A stretch of DNA of 64,000 nt. Origin: Myxococcota bacterium (GTDB lineage Bacteria; Myxococcota_A; UBA796; UBA2385). The stretch spans positions 52,707 to 116,706 of the forward strand of contig CALOBC010000015.1 in assembly GCA_942491145.1 (NCBI GenBank), given 5' to 3'. The translations under genes were made by a program, and so were the position numbers. Positions 1 through 10,233 of this stretch are shown piece by piece. Below the pieces are notes generated by a model. It was not told the origin of the DNA and made no database searches. It saw only the letters and a program-made list of their open reading frames with translations. Positions within the stretch are counted from its first letter, which is position 1. Every line of letters starts with the position of its first letter.

Positions 1-1
1 G

Positions 2-838
2 GAGGACCTGCTGGGGGATGGCTTTGATGCCCTGTGGGCGGGCATTCTCGATGCGTTGCCCCCGTTTGACTGTGTGGCCCTGGAGCGGATGCCGGCCGAG
101 CTGTGTGGCCGGCCCCTGCCGTTTCCGGCGGACCAGCTGAGCATGAACCCAAGCAGCTGCCACCAGACCCGCGTCGGCGATGACTGGGAGGCCTACTACC
201 GGTCCAAGTGCTCCGGAAAGACCCGCCACACCCACCGGCGCAAGCTCCGCAAGCTGGCCAGCCACGGTGAGCTCCGGTTTGAGGTGGCCACCACCGCCGA
301 TGCCGTGGACCGACTGCTGCCGGATGCGTTTGCGCTCAAGTCCGCCGGCTACCGCGACATGGGCGTGACCGACATCTTCGCGGATGAACGCTACCGCAGC
401 TTCTTTGGGGAGCTGGCCGGAAGGCTGGATGGGCTGGTGCACCTCAGCGGGCTGTGGGTGGGGGACGAGCTTTGGGCGACCCACTTGGGTCTACAGCACC
501 AAGGCACCCTCTACGTGCTGTTTCCCGGCTATCGGCGGGACGACGTGGCGAGTCGGCTGTCCCCCGGCAGTGCGCTGGTGTGTTGGCTGCTGGAGCAAGC
601 CTGCGAGACGCCCGGCATCCACACGGTGGACTTCACCGTCGGCGATGAGGCCTACAAGGGGCGCTGGTGTGAGCAGGTCACGCCGCTTCAGGATCTGCTG
701 CTGGCCCGCAGTCTGCGCGGTGTCGCGGTCACCAATGGCATCCGGCTGTGGTTGCAAGCCAAGCGCCGCATCAAGGCCCACCCGACCGTCTTTCCGATGC
801 TGAGAAAGGCCCGGTCCCGGTTGCGCGGGGGCAGTTGA
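2..838 (+). CDS. GNAT-type acetyltransferase, CelD/BcsL (FemAB-like) family; 5' end outside window
   Basis: The frame is open from the window edge to nt 838; the track's start at nt 56 is an internal TTG. The C-terminal half (GSALVCWLLEQACETPGIHTVDFTVGDEAYKGRWC) resembles CelD-like acetyltransferases by eye. Confidence 0.5.
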   Translation, partial: EDLLGDGFDALWAGILDALPPFDCVALERMPAELCGRPLPFPADQLSMNPSSCHQTRVGDDWEAYYRSKCSGKTRHTHRRKLRKLASHGELRFEVATTADAVDRLLPDAFALKSAGYRDMGVTDIFADERYRSFFGELAGRLDGLVHLSGLWVGDELWATHLGLQHQGTLYVLFPGYRRDDVASRLSPGSALVCWLLEQACETPGIHTVDFTVGDEAYKGRWCEQVTPLQDLLLARSLRGVAVTNGIRLWLQAKRRIKAHPTVFPMLRKARSRLRGGS

Positions 839-944
839 GCCTGGGGACCGGACCGATGCCCGACCCTGGCTGCTTTTGGGCGCGCCCACCCTGCCCAGAT
901 GCGTTACCCGCCCCGGGCTGGTGAGCACTGGCGGGAGGGACACA

Positions 945-2375
945 ATGGGCAAAGCGTTGCGCAGCTTGAGTTGGCTGGGGTGTGTGGTGGGTCTCGGCGC
1001 GCTGGTCGGCTGCGATGGCGACAGTGGCGACAGCGCAAAGGATGCGGCGGACGGCCGGCCGGATCCCGTCGCGTCTGAGGTCACTTGGTATGCCGATGTG
1101 CAGCCCATTGTGCATGAACACTGTGGCTCGTGCCATGTGTCGGGTGGCATCGCGCCGCTGGACTTGTCCACCTATGGCGATGCCGCGGCCTTGAGTCAGG
1201 CCATTGCCTCGGCGGTTGAGTCGGGCACCATGCCCCCTTGGCTTGCGGTCGAGACGGATGAGTGTGTCCCCCGCTTGCCGTGGAAGGGCGACACGCGCTT
1301 GTCCGAAGACGACAAAGCGACGCTGCGCGCGTGGGCCGACGGTGGCGCGCTGGAGGGTGATCCCGACGACTCGCCGGGGCTCGCTGAGCCGCCGTCGCTC
1401 GAGCTGGACAACCCCAACGCCGAGCTGGAGTTTGAAGAGCCCTACAAGGTCGAAGGCACCAAAGACGACTTCCAGTGCTTCGTGCTCGACCCGGGCAACA
1501 CCGAAGAAGTGTGGGTGACCGGGGCGCAGATCTTGCCCGGCAACCCCAAGGTGGACCACCACGCGCTGGTCTTCTTGGATGTCTATGGCGAGACCGCCGA
1601 AGGGGACCAACAGTTCCCTTGCTTCAACACGCCCAGCGTGCCCGGCTTCTTGATGGCCACCTGGACCCCCGGGGCCGCGCCCATGCGCACGCCGGAGTCT
1701 GCGGGAATGCCGATGGCGGCGGGCGCCCGGCTCATCGTCCAGATGCACTACCATCCCGATCCCGCGTCCACCGAGTTCGACCAGACGGTGGTGCAGCTGG
1801 AGTGGACGACGGAACAACCCGAGTGGGACGCGGCCCAGGCATTGGTCGGCAACGACTCGCGCTACAATGATGACGACGGCACGGGGCTGCAACCGGGCGA
1901 CAACGACCCCGAGAGTGGCCCTGCGTTCATCATTCCCGCCGGTGAGCGGGGCCACATCGAGACGCTGCTCTACACCCAGTCGGTGCCGATCGAGTTCCCC
2001 ATCTTTAGCGTGGGCACCCACATGCACTATGTGGGCACCGACATGAAGATTGACTTCCTCGACAAAGACCCGGCAACGGGAGATGTCGACGAGGAGTGCC
2101 TGATCCAGACCCCCGCTTGGGACTTCAACTGGCAGCGGGTCTATGACTACGATGCGCCGGTGGACGAGCTGCCCCACATCGACGCGGGCGACTCGCTGCG
2201 GATGCGCTGCACGTACGACAACTCCCTTGAGAATCCCTTTGTGGCCGATGCGCTGGCAGAGCGGGGGCTGTCGGATCCCGACGATGTGGTGCTGGGTGAA
2301 GAGACCTTGGACGAGATGTGCTTGGGCCTCTTTGGCATCCTTGTGCCGCCGGGCCTGATCGAAGGCATCTACTGA
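945..2375 (+). CDS. Secreted lipoprotein with a PHM/DBH-like copper monooxygenase domain preceded by a CxxCH haem-c motif
   Basis: ATG at 945 follows GGGAGGG. Lipobox LGALVGC is present, as is the CGSCH motif. His-rich motifs (KVDHHALVF, VQMHYHPD, THMHYVGTDM) resemble the two copper sites of type-II ascorbate-dependent monooxygenases. Confidence 0.5.
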   Translation: MGKALRSLSWLGCVVGLGALVGCDGDSGDSAKDAADGRPDPVASEVTWYADVQPIVHEHCGSCHVSGGIAPLDLSTYGDAAALSQAIASAVESGTMPPWLAVETDECVPRLPWKGDTRLSEDDKATLRAWADGGALEGDPDDSPGLAEPPSLELDNPNAELEFEEPYKVEGTKDDFQCFVLDPGNTEEVWVTGAQILPGNPKVDHHALVFLDVYGETAEGDQQFPCFNTPSVPGFLMATWTPGAAPMRTPESAGMPMAAGARLIVQMHYHPDPASTEFDQTVVQLEWTTEQPEWDAAQALVGNDSRYNDDDGTGLQPGDNDPESGPAFIIPAGERGHIETLLYTQSVPIEFPIFSVGTHMHYVGTDMKIDFLDKDPATGDVDEECLIQTPAWDFNWQRVYDYDAPVDELPHIDAGDSLRMRCTYDNSLENPFVADALAERGLSDPDDVVLGEETLDEMCLGLFGILVPPGLIEGIY

Positions 2376-2400
2376 ACCGCACCGACACACGGGGGCCCCC

Positions 2401-3414
2401 ATGATCGTCGCCATCACGGGCGCCTCCGGACTGGTCGGGGGCAACCTCGCCGCTGTGTTGCGGGACCGGGGGATTGAGGTGCGGGCCACCCGGCGCCGCA
2501 GCTCGGTCATCGACCACCTGGACCACCTCGACATCGAGTGGGTCGAGGCGACGCTGCAAGATGCCGACTCGCTGACGCATGCGTTCACGGGGGTGGACGC
2601 GGTGGTTCATTGCGCCGCCGCGGTGACCCTGCGTTGGGCACTGACCCCAAGCATCCGGGCCGCAAACATCGATGGCACGGCCCATGTCATCGAAGCGGTG
2701 AAGGCGGCGGGGGTGGACCGGCTGGTGCACTGCTCATCGACGGTGACGGTGGGCTTGTCCGACGACGACCAACCCTGCGATGAGACGGCGAGCTGGAACT
2801 TGCCGGCGCGGGGGCTGGACGACGGCTACTCGCGCTCGAAGCGAGAGAGCGAACAGCTGGTGCTCAACGCCGTGAGTGACGGTCTTGACGCTGTTGTTGT
2901 CAATCCGGGCTACATGCTGGGCCCGCTGGATGCGCGGCCGTCATCCGGTGAGTTGTTGTTGCGCTTGGTGAAGGGTGAAGTGCCCGCACTCACCGGGGGT
3001 GGCAACAGCTTTGTGGACGTGCGGGCGGTGGCGCGGGGCATGGTGGCGGCGCTGGAGCGAGGGCGCTCGGGCGAGCGCTACATCCTGGCGGGCGAGAACC
3101 TGGACTATGCCGAAGCGTTCCCCCGGTTCTGTGCCTTGGCGGGGGTCAAGCCACCGGGGCTGACGGTGCCCTTCGGAGTGGCGGCGATTCCGGGCGCCTT
3201 CGGTGCGGCCTGGGAGCGACTGACCAACCGGGATGCATTGGTCAACCTCAACGCGGTGCGCTGGTCCTATGCCCGGGGCTTTGCGTTTTCGTCCGACAAG
3301 GCCCGCGCGGAGCTGGGCTACGACCCGGGCGACCTGGACACCGCGGTGGTGGACGCGCTGAAGTGGTGGCAGGGGCGGGGGATGCTGGGCGGGCTGCCGG
3401 CGCTTCCGTTGTAA
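2401..3414 (+). CDS. NAD(P)-dependent epimerase/dehydratase (extended SDR)
   Basis: N-terminal Rossmann motif ITGASGLVGG and catalytic YxxxK (YSRSK) in a 337-aa ORF. Confidence 0.75.
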   Translation: MIVAITGASGLVGGNLAAVLRDRGIEVRATRRRSSVIDHLDHLDIEWVEATLQDADSLTHAFTGVDAVVHCAAAVTLRWALTPSIRAANIDGTAHVIEAVKAAGVDRLVHCSSTVTVGLSDDDQPCDETASWNLPARGLDDGYSRSKRESEQLVLNAVSDGLDAVVVNPGYMLGPLDARPSSGELLLRLVKGEVPALTGGGNSFVDVRAVARGMVAALERGRSGERYILAGENLDYAEAFPRFCALAGVKPPGLTVPFGVAAIPGAFGAAWERLTNRDALVNLNAVRWSYARGFAFSSDKARAELGYDPGDLDTAVVDALKWWQGRGMLGGLPALPL

Positions 3415-3603
3415 AGTGGTGAGAGTGTTGATGAGTAGGGTGTTCACAGGTGTTGCATTGGCCGGTGCCGAGCGGAGGCCCTGCGCCCAAGGGTGGCGTG
3501 GCCCGGGCTGAGGGAGTGCACAGCAGGGCTGGCTTGAGGGCGGCGGCCGTGCCCCCCCAGCGGCTGTGATAGCCTCGCCATTGAGCTGTCCCTGGGAGCA
3601 CGC

Positions 3604-5052
3604 GTGGCCCGCACTGGTCGCTGGAAGGCCCGTCTCGCCGCGCTGGGTCTGGGCCTCGGTCTCATCGCCGTAGCCGAGCTGGCCCTGCGGATGGTGGGGG
3701 CCGCCGATGGGGTGAGCTGGCGGCCCTCGCGCTTGGTCTATGTCGTCGAGAATGGTGAAGTGAAGGGCGAATTTGAGGTCGGCGCCGGTGCTCACTTCGT
3801 CGCTGAGCTCCTGGACGGCCAGCCGGGCATGCGCACCGCCGAGGCCTTCGCTTTGGGCCGCGGCAAGGGCTTTCCCGTCAACGGGGCCATGCGCGATGAG
3901 CACTTCACCACCGTGCCGGCACCCGGGACCGAGCGCTACGTCGTGTTGGGGGGCTCCGCCGCGATGGGACAAGCGCCCATCGGCCGCCGGGGAGGCGCCC
4001 ACTGGCAACCCGAGAAGCTGGCCAATGGGGTGCAAGCGCTGCCCGATGGGCTGGCCCTGTCCGGACAGCTTGAGCAGCGCTTGATCCAAGCCGGCCGCCG
4101 CGCCGAGGTCATCAACGCCGGGATGATTGCCCAAGACAGCGCTGGCGTGCAGCGCATCGCCCGGGAGGTGCTCGAGTTCTCGCCCACCGCTCTGGTGCTC
4201 TACATGGGCAACAACGAAGGCATCGGGCTGTCGGCCGGCATGGGCGGCGTCGACATCCCCCGACTGCCCGCCATGCGCTCCGTGATGCACCAAGTGCGGC
4301 TGTACCGCGTGCTCGCCGACCTTGTGCTCCCCGCCCGCCAGCGCATGGCCCAAGCCCCCACCGAGCAAGTCTCCGGCATGCTGCCCGAGGTGCTCGGCCG
4401 CATCACGCTCACCCAGTGGCAGAGCGCCGGCCATCCCCTGATGCGCGACGGCGAGCCCACCGACGAGGTCTATGGTGCGCTGCTGGCCCGCTTCGAGCGG
4501 AACCTGCGCACGATTGTGACCGAGGCCAAGGATCGCGGTGTGGCCGTCTACGTCGTGCCCACCGCCCCCCACCTCGGCTACCTGCCGTTCTTCACCGGCC
4601 ACGACCCCGCCCTCGGTCCCGCCGAGCTGGGCGCCTTCTCCGAGGCCCTCAACGCGGCACGGCCGGCAGAGCAGCGCCGGGACTGGCCGGGTGTGGTCGA
4701 AGCTGCCCGGCGGTGTGTGGCGGTCGACCCGAGCAGCGCCGCTGGACACCACTTGCTGGGGCTCGGCCTCGACGGCACCGGCCACCCCAGCGAAGCGATG
4801 GATGAGCTTGTGAAGGGCCATGCGCTGGACCTGTCCCGCAAGCGCACCCAGCCCGCGTTCGCCCGGGTGGCCGCCGAAGTCTGTGCCGACCTCGGGTGCC
4901 AGACCACCGATGCCCACAGCGCCTTGCTTGCTGAGGGTCGGCAGCGCGGTCTGGCGGTCTACAACGAACGCTACGGCGATCACGAGCACTTGGTGCCCGA
5001 GGGCAACGCCTGGGTGGCGGGCCTGTTCGCCGACCTGATCCTCGCGCCCTGA
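3604..5052 (+). CDS. Membrane-anchored SGNH/GDSL-hydrolase-like protein
   Basis: GTG start and an N-terminal TM segment (LGLGLGLIAVAELAL). Blocks VVLGGSAAMGQ and LVLYMGNNE resemble SGNH-fold proteins. The family call is weak. Confidence 0.35.
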   Translation: MARTGRWKARLAALGLGLGLIAVAELALRMVGAADGVSWRPSRLVYVVENGEVKGEFEVGAGAHFVAELLDGQPGMRTAEAFALGRGKGFPVNGAMRDEHFTTVPAPGTERYVVLGGSAAMGQAPIGRRGGAHWQPEKLANGVQALPDGLALSGQLEQRLIQAGRRAEVINAGMIAQDSAGVQRIAREVLEFSPTALVLYMGNNEGIGLSAGMGGVDIPRLPAMRSVMHQVRLYRVLADLVLPARQRMAQAPTEQVSGMLPEVLGRITLTQWQSAGHPLMRDGEPTDEVYGALLARFERNLRTIVTEAKDRGVAVYVVPTAPHLGYLPFFTGHDPALGPAELGAFSEALNAARPAEQRRDWPGVVEAARRCVAVDPSSAAGHHLLGLGLDGTGHPSEAMDELVKGHALDLSRKRTQPAFARVAAEVCADLGCQTTDAHSALLAEGRQRGLAVYNERYGDHEHLVPEGNAWVAGLFADLILAP

Positions 5053-5070
5053 CGCCCTCCGGAGTCCCCC

Positions 5071-7200
5071 ATGTCTCAAGTCCACCTGCGCACCTGTCAC
5101 TTGTGCGAGGCCATGTGTGGGGTGCGCATCACGCTGGAGGACGAGCGCATCGTGCGCATCGAAGGGGACCGGGATGACCCCTTCAGCAAGGGCCACATCT
5201 GCCCCAAGGGCGTGGCGCTGCAGGACCTCCAAGACGACCCCGACCGCCTCCGCCAGCCCATGCGGCGCACCAAAGACGGCTGGGCGCCCATGGACTGGGA
5301 CGCGGCGCTCGACTTTGCCGCCGAGGGGCTCGACGGGGTCCGCCGGTCCCACGGAAAGCACGCGGTGGGCGTGTATCTGGGCAATCCCAACGTGCACGAC
5401 TACGCCAAGATGCTCTACGGCTTGTATGCGGTGAAGGCCCTGGGCACCCGCACCCGCTTTAGCGCCACCAGCGTCGACCAGCTCCCGCACCACTTCGTGT
5501 CGTACCACTGCTTTGGGCATCAGCTCCTGTTGCCCATTCCCGACGTGGACCGCACCGACTTCTTGCTGATGATGGGGGCCAACCCGGCGGCCAGCAATGG
5601 CTCGCTCATGTCGGCCGGCGACATCAAAGGCCGCATCAAGGCCATCGGCGCCCGGGGCGGCACGGTGGTGCTGGTGGACCCCCGGCGCACCCCCTCAGCG
5701 GCGCTGTGCACCGAGCACCAATTCATCCGGCCGGGCACCGACGCGCTGTTGCTGGCGTCGCTCCTCTGGTGCCTCTTCGATGAAGCTCTCGTTGACGAAA
5801 ATGGTCTGCCAGACTGGATTGTCGGTGTATCGAAGATTCGGGCGGCCGTCGCGGACTTTCCCCCCGAGGCCGTGTGCGGGCCCACCGGCATCCCGGCCGA
5901 CACCATCCGCTCCCTCGCCCGTCGCTTTGCCGCAGCACCGCGGGCGGTGGCCTACGGGCGCATGGGCCTGTCCACCCAAGCCTTCGGCGCCACGTGCCAG
6001 TGGCTGTTGCTCGTGCTCAACGCGGTCACGGGCAACCTCGACCGCGCGGGCGGGGCCATGTTCACCAAGCCCGCCGTCGACATCGTGCGTGGTGTCGCTG
6101 GCATCACCCGCCAGGGCAGCCACGGACGGTGGACCAGCCGGGTGCGGGGCCTGGCCGAGTTTGGTGGGGAGCTGCCGGTGGCCACGCTCGCCGAAGAGAT
6201 CGCCACGCCGGGGAAGGGGCAAGTGCGCGGGATGCTCGTCGTCGCGGGCAACCCCGTGCTGTCCACCCCTGCCGGCCACCAGCTCGACAAGGCGCTGGAC
6301 TCCCTCGACTTCATGGTCTCCCTCGATCCCTACATCAATGAGACCAGTCGCCACGCCAGCATCATCTTGCCGCCCAGTGGGCCCCTGTCCCGGGACCACT
6401 TCGACCTCGCCTTCAACGCCCTCGCGGTGCGCAATGTGGCCAAGTGGTCGCCGCCGATGTGTGCGCGAGGGCCTGGGGAGCGCCACGACTGGGAGATCCT
6501 CATCGGCCTCGAGGCCCGGTTGAGCCGCCAACACGGCCTGGCTGCCCGGATCTCTCGGCAAGTGCGGGCCCGCATCGGACCCACGGGCATGCTGGACTTT
6601 GCGCTGCGCACCGGCCCCTACGGCGGACGCTGGAAGGTGTGGGGCGGCATGTCGATGGCCACCCTCAAGGCCCATCCCCACGGCATGGATCTCGGTGCAC
6701 TCGAGCCCGCCCTGCCAGGGCGTCTCTACACAACCAACAAGCACGTGTTGCTCGCGCCGGACGTGCTCCTCGTCGATCTGCCCCGGCTGCGCGAGGCCAT
6801 GGAGACCCCACCGACGCTGGTGATGATCGGGCGCCGCGAGCTGCGGTCCAACAACTCATGGATGCACAACAGCCAGCGCCTCGTGAAAGGCAAGCCGCGG
6901 TGCACCCTGCATGTGCATCCCGACGACGCCGACCGCTTGGGCTTGCGCGACGGGGCGGACGTGCGGGTGCGGTCCCGGGTGGGTGAGGTGGTCGTGCCCG
7001 TGGCGATCACTGACACCGTGATGGCCGGCGTGGTGTGCCTTCCCCACGGCTGGGGCCACGGTCGGCAGGGCGTGCGGATGGCGGTCGCCTCGGCCCACGC
7101 GGGGGTCAGCATGAACGACCTGACCGATCCCCTCGTTGTGGATGCGATCAGTGGGAATGCCGTGCTGAACGGTGTTCCCGTCGAAGTATCGCCCGCGTGA
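5071..7200 (+). CDS. Molybdopterin (bis-MGD) oxidoreductase family protein
   Basis: GGAG lies upstream of the ATG. The N-terminal Cys cluster (CHLCEAMCG...HICPKG) fits a 4Fe-4S Mo/W bis-MGD domain. The C-terminal VHPDDADRLGLRDGADVRVRSRVGEV fits a molybdopterin dinucleotide-binding domain. Confidence 0.8.
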   Translation: MSQVHLRTCHLCEAMCGVRITLEDERIVRIEGDRDDPFSKGHICPKGVALQDLQDDPDRLRQPMRRTKDGWAPMDWDAALDFAAEGLDGVRRSHGKHAVGVYLGNPNVHDYAKMLYGLYAVKALGTRTRFSATSVDQLPHHFVSYHCFGHQLLLPIPDVDRTDFLLMMGANPAASNGSLMSAGDIKGRIKAIGARGGTVVLVDPRRTPSAALCTEHQFIRPGTDALLLASLLWCLFDEALVDENGLPDWIVGVSKIRAAVADFPPEAVCGPTGIPADTIRSLARRFAAAPRAVAYGRMGLSTQAFGATCQWLLLVLNAVTGNLDRAGGAMFTKPAVDIVRGVAGITRQGSHGRWTSRVRGLAEFGGELPVATLAEEIATPGKGQVRGMLVVAGNPVLSTPAGHQLDKALDSLDFMVSLDPYINETSRHASIILPPSGPLSRDHFDLAFNALAVRNVAKWSPPMCARGPGERHDWEILIGLEARLSRQHGLAARISRQVRARIGPTGMLDFALRTGPYGGRWKVWGGMSMATLKAHPHGMDLGALEPALPGRLYTTNKHVLLAPDVLLVDLPRLREAMETPPTLVMIGRRELRSNNSWMHNSQRLVKGKPRCTLHVHPDDADRLGLRDGADVRVRSRVGEVVVPVAITDTVMAGVVCLPHGWGHGRQGVRMAVASAHAGVSMNDLTDPLVVDAISGNAVLNGVPVEVSPA

Positions 7201-7210
7201 GCGGGGAGGC

Positions 7211-8797
7211 TCAGGCCGTGCGGGGCAAGCCGGGCACCTGAATCAACCGACACTCGATCTCGCGCACCTTGGTGGACGTCTGGAACTCGTTGATGACCTC
7301 CAGCACGTCGAGGTCGATGTATTCGCAGTCGCTGCCGTCGATCTCGACATGGACTTCCGCGGGGATCATCGCGAGGGTCTCGGTCACACCGGCCTTGTGC
7401 AGGAAGGTGACCTGCTGGGCGAGGGTGAAGCGCACCCAGCCGGTCTCGGTGTTCCGGTCTTCCCGCAGCGCTGGGATGCGGGCGCTCTCGCGCAGGGTGA
7501 TGACCACGCCCACGACGAGGCCCACGCCGATGCCCACCAGCAGGTCCGTGAACAGAATGGCGAGGATGGTGATCAGGTAGGGCAAGAACTGGGAGCGGCC
7601 GGCCTTCCATGCTTCTTTGAACAGGGCCGGGCGGGCGAGCTTGTAGCCAACCTGGAGCAGGATGGCGGCCAGCGCAGCCAGCGGGATGCGTGCAAGCAGC
7701 TCGGGGAACACGAGCAGTGCAATGACGAGCCAAGCCGCGTGAAACAGTGCGGAGAAGCGGGTCTTTGCACCGGAGTCGGCGTTGGCAGATGAGCGCACGA
7801 TGACGCCGGTGATGGGCAGTGCGCCCACGAGGCCGGCGAGCATGTTGCCCACACCCTGGGCGATGAGCTCCCGGTCGGGGGAGGCCTCTCGCCGCCAAGG
7901 GTCCAGCTTCACACTGGCCTCGAGGCTGAGCAGGGTCTCCAAGCTCGCCACCAGCGCCAGGGTGAGCGCCAGTGTCCACGTCTTGGAGTCGGTGATGACG
8001 CTCCAGTCTGGGCGGGCGAGATCAGCCACCACGCCGGAGAAGCCGCCGAGGGGCAGGTCAACCCGGTGGCTGGCGTCGATGGCGAGGGTGGGGGCAAGCT
8101 GGATGAAGGCCTCGGACAGCAGCGTGCCAAACAGCACTGCCGCGAGCGGGGCCGGCATCGAGCGAATGGCCTTGATCGGCACCTTCGGCAGGGCGAAGCA
8201 CAGAATCAGGCACAGGATGCCGACGATGGCCGCGCCTGGCTGGATGTGGGTCGCCGCCATCAACAGCTCGGAGAAGGTCGTCTGGCTGTCGGCCTGGACG
8301 AAGGCGTCATCGCCCATCGCCGCGGCGTCCCAGCCCACGAGGTGGGGGATCTGCTTGAGGATCAGGATGATGCCGATCGCCGAGAGCATGCCCTTGATGA
8401 CCGAGTTGGGCACGTACCGGGCCACGACGCCCGCCTTGGCCAGTCCAAGCCCAAGCTGCATGCCGCCGCCGATCATGATGGCGGGAAGCACAGCCTCGAA
8501 GCTGCCTTGGCTCGCGATGCCGGCGACCATGATGGCGGTGAGGCCCGCCGCTGGGCCACTGACCTGGACGTGGGACCCGCTCATGAGGGCGACCACAGTG
8601 CCGCCGATGATGCCGGCCATCAAGCCGGACGTGAGCGGTGCCCCCGATGCCAGCGCGATGCCCAAGCACAGGGGCAAGGCCACCAAGAATACGACCACGC
8701 TGGCGCCCAGATCCGCCGCGGTGGGGCGACCGAATCCGGTGTAGATGAGCGACGGGTGGTCGTCAGGAACAGTCGAGACACCAGAACTCTTTGTCAT
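7211..8797 (-). CDS. SulP-family anion transporter with C-terminal STAS domain
   Basis: A 528-aa polytopic membrane ORF. The N-terminus (ADLGASVVVFLVALPLCLGIALASGAP) is typical of SulP, and the soluble C-terminal tail is STAS-like. Confidence 0.8.
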   Translation of the reverse strand: MTKSSGVSTVPDDHPSLIYTGFGRPTAADLGASVVVFLVALPLCLGIALASGAPLTSGLMAGIIGGTVVALMSGSHVQVSGPAAGLTAIMVAGIASQGSFEAVLPAIMIGGGMQLGLGLAKAGVVARYVPNSVIKGMLSAIGIILILKQIPHLVGWDAAAMGDDAFVQADSQTTFSELLMAATHIQPGAAIVGILCLILCFALPKVPIKAIRSMPAPLAAVLFGTLLSEAFIQLAPTLAIDASHRVDLPLGGFSGVVADLARPDWSVITDSKTWTLALTLALVASLETLLSLEASVKLDPWRREASPDRELIAQGVGNMLAGLVGALPITGVIVRSSANADSGAKTRFSALFHAAWLVIALLVFPELLARIPLAALAAILLQVGYKLARPALFKEAWKAGRSQFLPYLITILAILFTDLLVGIGVGLVVGVVITLRESARIPALREDRNTETGWVRFTLAQQVTFLHKAGVTETLAMIPAEVHVEIDGSDCEYIDLDVLEVINEFQTSTKVREIECRLIQVPGLPRTA

Positions 8798-9010
8798 GAA
8801 TCGTACTCCGGGTGACCATCATTTAGTCGGTGGAGCTGGCCTTGCAAGGTTCAGATTGGAAACAACCGTGGGCGGCGGGCCCCAGCTTGTCGGTTGCCGA
8901 TGTGCTGCCCGGCTGCCGCGTTGTCCAAGCTCCCGTTCTCACTGTCCTCGTGTCATCGCCCCGCATGGTCTACGGTGACCACGCCCTGCAGCGGCTTGGA
9001 GCGTGGTGAA

Positions 9011-10219
9011 GTGGTGAAGAGGCAAACCGAAAGACCGCACCGCGACGTCGAGCGGCTGCGGCAAGAGCTGGCGCTCGCCAATGCGCGCTGTGCAGAGCTG
9101 GAGTCACAGCTCCACGGGCTGCGCAAGATGCCGAACTATCCAAGCGCCAGCGTGGCCCAGCTCGACCTGTTGGGCGACCACCACGACTTCTTCCAGAAGC
9201 TCTGCGAGAACAACGTCTGCGGGGTGTATGTCTATGACCTGGAAGCCGGTCAGAACATCTACGTGAACTCGCAGTACACGGCGAGTCTGGGCTACACCCT
9301 CGATGAGCTAAACGCGTTGGATCCACAGCGCTTTAGCGCATTGTTCCACCCGAACGACTTCCAGTCGGTCCTGGACCACATGGCTGCGGTGGGACGCTCT
9401 GCCGATGACAAGCTGGTGCCGATTGAGTACCGGTTCCGGCACAAGAACGGCGCTTGGGTGTGGTGCCGGTCCTACGACGTGTGCTTTGCCCGTCGCCCCG
9501 ATGGGCAGATGAGCCAGTTCCTCGGATCCTTTGTCGAGATCACCGATCTCATGGAAGCCAAGGAGTCCGAAGCGCACTTCGCTCAGATGGCTGCCCACGA
9601 TCTGCGAGCGCCCACCCGGCGGATGTGCCAACACGTCGAGCTGCTGCGGGAGGAGCTCCACGGTGCAGCACCGAGTGGTGCGTTGCGGACCCTCGACCAG
9701 ATCGAGCGCCAAGCACGGAGCATGCAGAACTTGGTGGAAGGCCTCCGCCGCTTGACTGGGATGAACGTGCCCGCTGCCCGCACCGTGCTCCCGCTGGCAC
9801 CCCTCGTGGATCAGGTGATACAGACCATTCACGGCGATTTTTCGGGTGTGATTGGGCCAGTCGAGTGCGCGTCCCTGCCGATCGCCAGTGTGTATCCCTC
9901 GTTGGTCCAGACCCTGTTCACCAACCTGCTGACCAACGCGGTCGAGCACGGGGCGCCGGGTGCGCCGATTCGTGTCACGGCCGAGCATGTCGGCGATGAG
10001 CTGGTGTTGGGGGTGTGCAGTGTCGGTCCGCCCATCCCGCCGGGCATGGCCGACACCATCTTCATGCCATTCCGCCGGGCCACGACCCAACACAGTGGGG
10101 CCGGGTTGGGGCTCGCCATCTGCAAGCGGGTGGTAGATTGCCACCGTGGGCGCATGTGGTTGGACTGCGAGGCCGGCACCGTGCACTTCCGGTTCACCCT
10201 CGGTGGGGCAACAGATTGA
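9011..10219 (+). CDS. PAS-domain sensor histidine kinase (cytoplasmic)
   Basis: Probable GTG start at 9011 or 9014. It has a coiled-coil, a PAS-like region, the H-box AAHDLRAPTRRM, and HATPase G-boxes (GAGLGLAICK). Confidence 0.7.
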   Translation: MVKRQTERPHRDVERLRQELALANARCAELESQLHGLRKMPNYPSASVAQLDLLGDHHDFFQKLCENNVCGVYVYDLEAGQNIYVNSQYTASLGYTLDELNALDPQRFSALFHPNDFQSVLDHMAAVGRSADDKLVPIEYRFRHKNGAWVWCRSYDVCFARRPDGQMSQFLGSFVEITDLMEAKESEAHFAQMAAHDLRAPTRRMCQHVELLREELHGAAPSGALRTLDQIERQARSMQNLVEGLRRLTGMNVPAARTVLPLAPLVDQVIQTIHGDFSGVIGPVECASLPIASVYPSLVQTLFTNLLTNAVEHGAPGAPIRVTAEHVGDELVLGVCSVGPPIPPGMADTIFMPFRRATTQHSGAGLGLAICKRVVDCHRGRMWLDCEAGTVHFRFTLGGATD

Positions 10220-10233
10220 CTGCAGTCCCAGAC

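Noticed and set aside
56-838. The ORF-track start (nt 56) for the first gene.
   Set aside because: nt 56 is a TTG inside a frame that is open back to nt 2. The family is normally longer, so I treat the gene as 5'-truncated by the window edge.
3421-3460. An AT-richer patch with three GTGTT(G/C) repeats (3425, 3440, 3450) follows the SDR gene stop.
   Set aside because: The motif is short and degenerate with irregular 15- and 10-bp spacing. It cannot be separated from chance, though it may simply be promoter DNA for the GTG-start gene at 3604.
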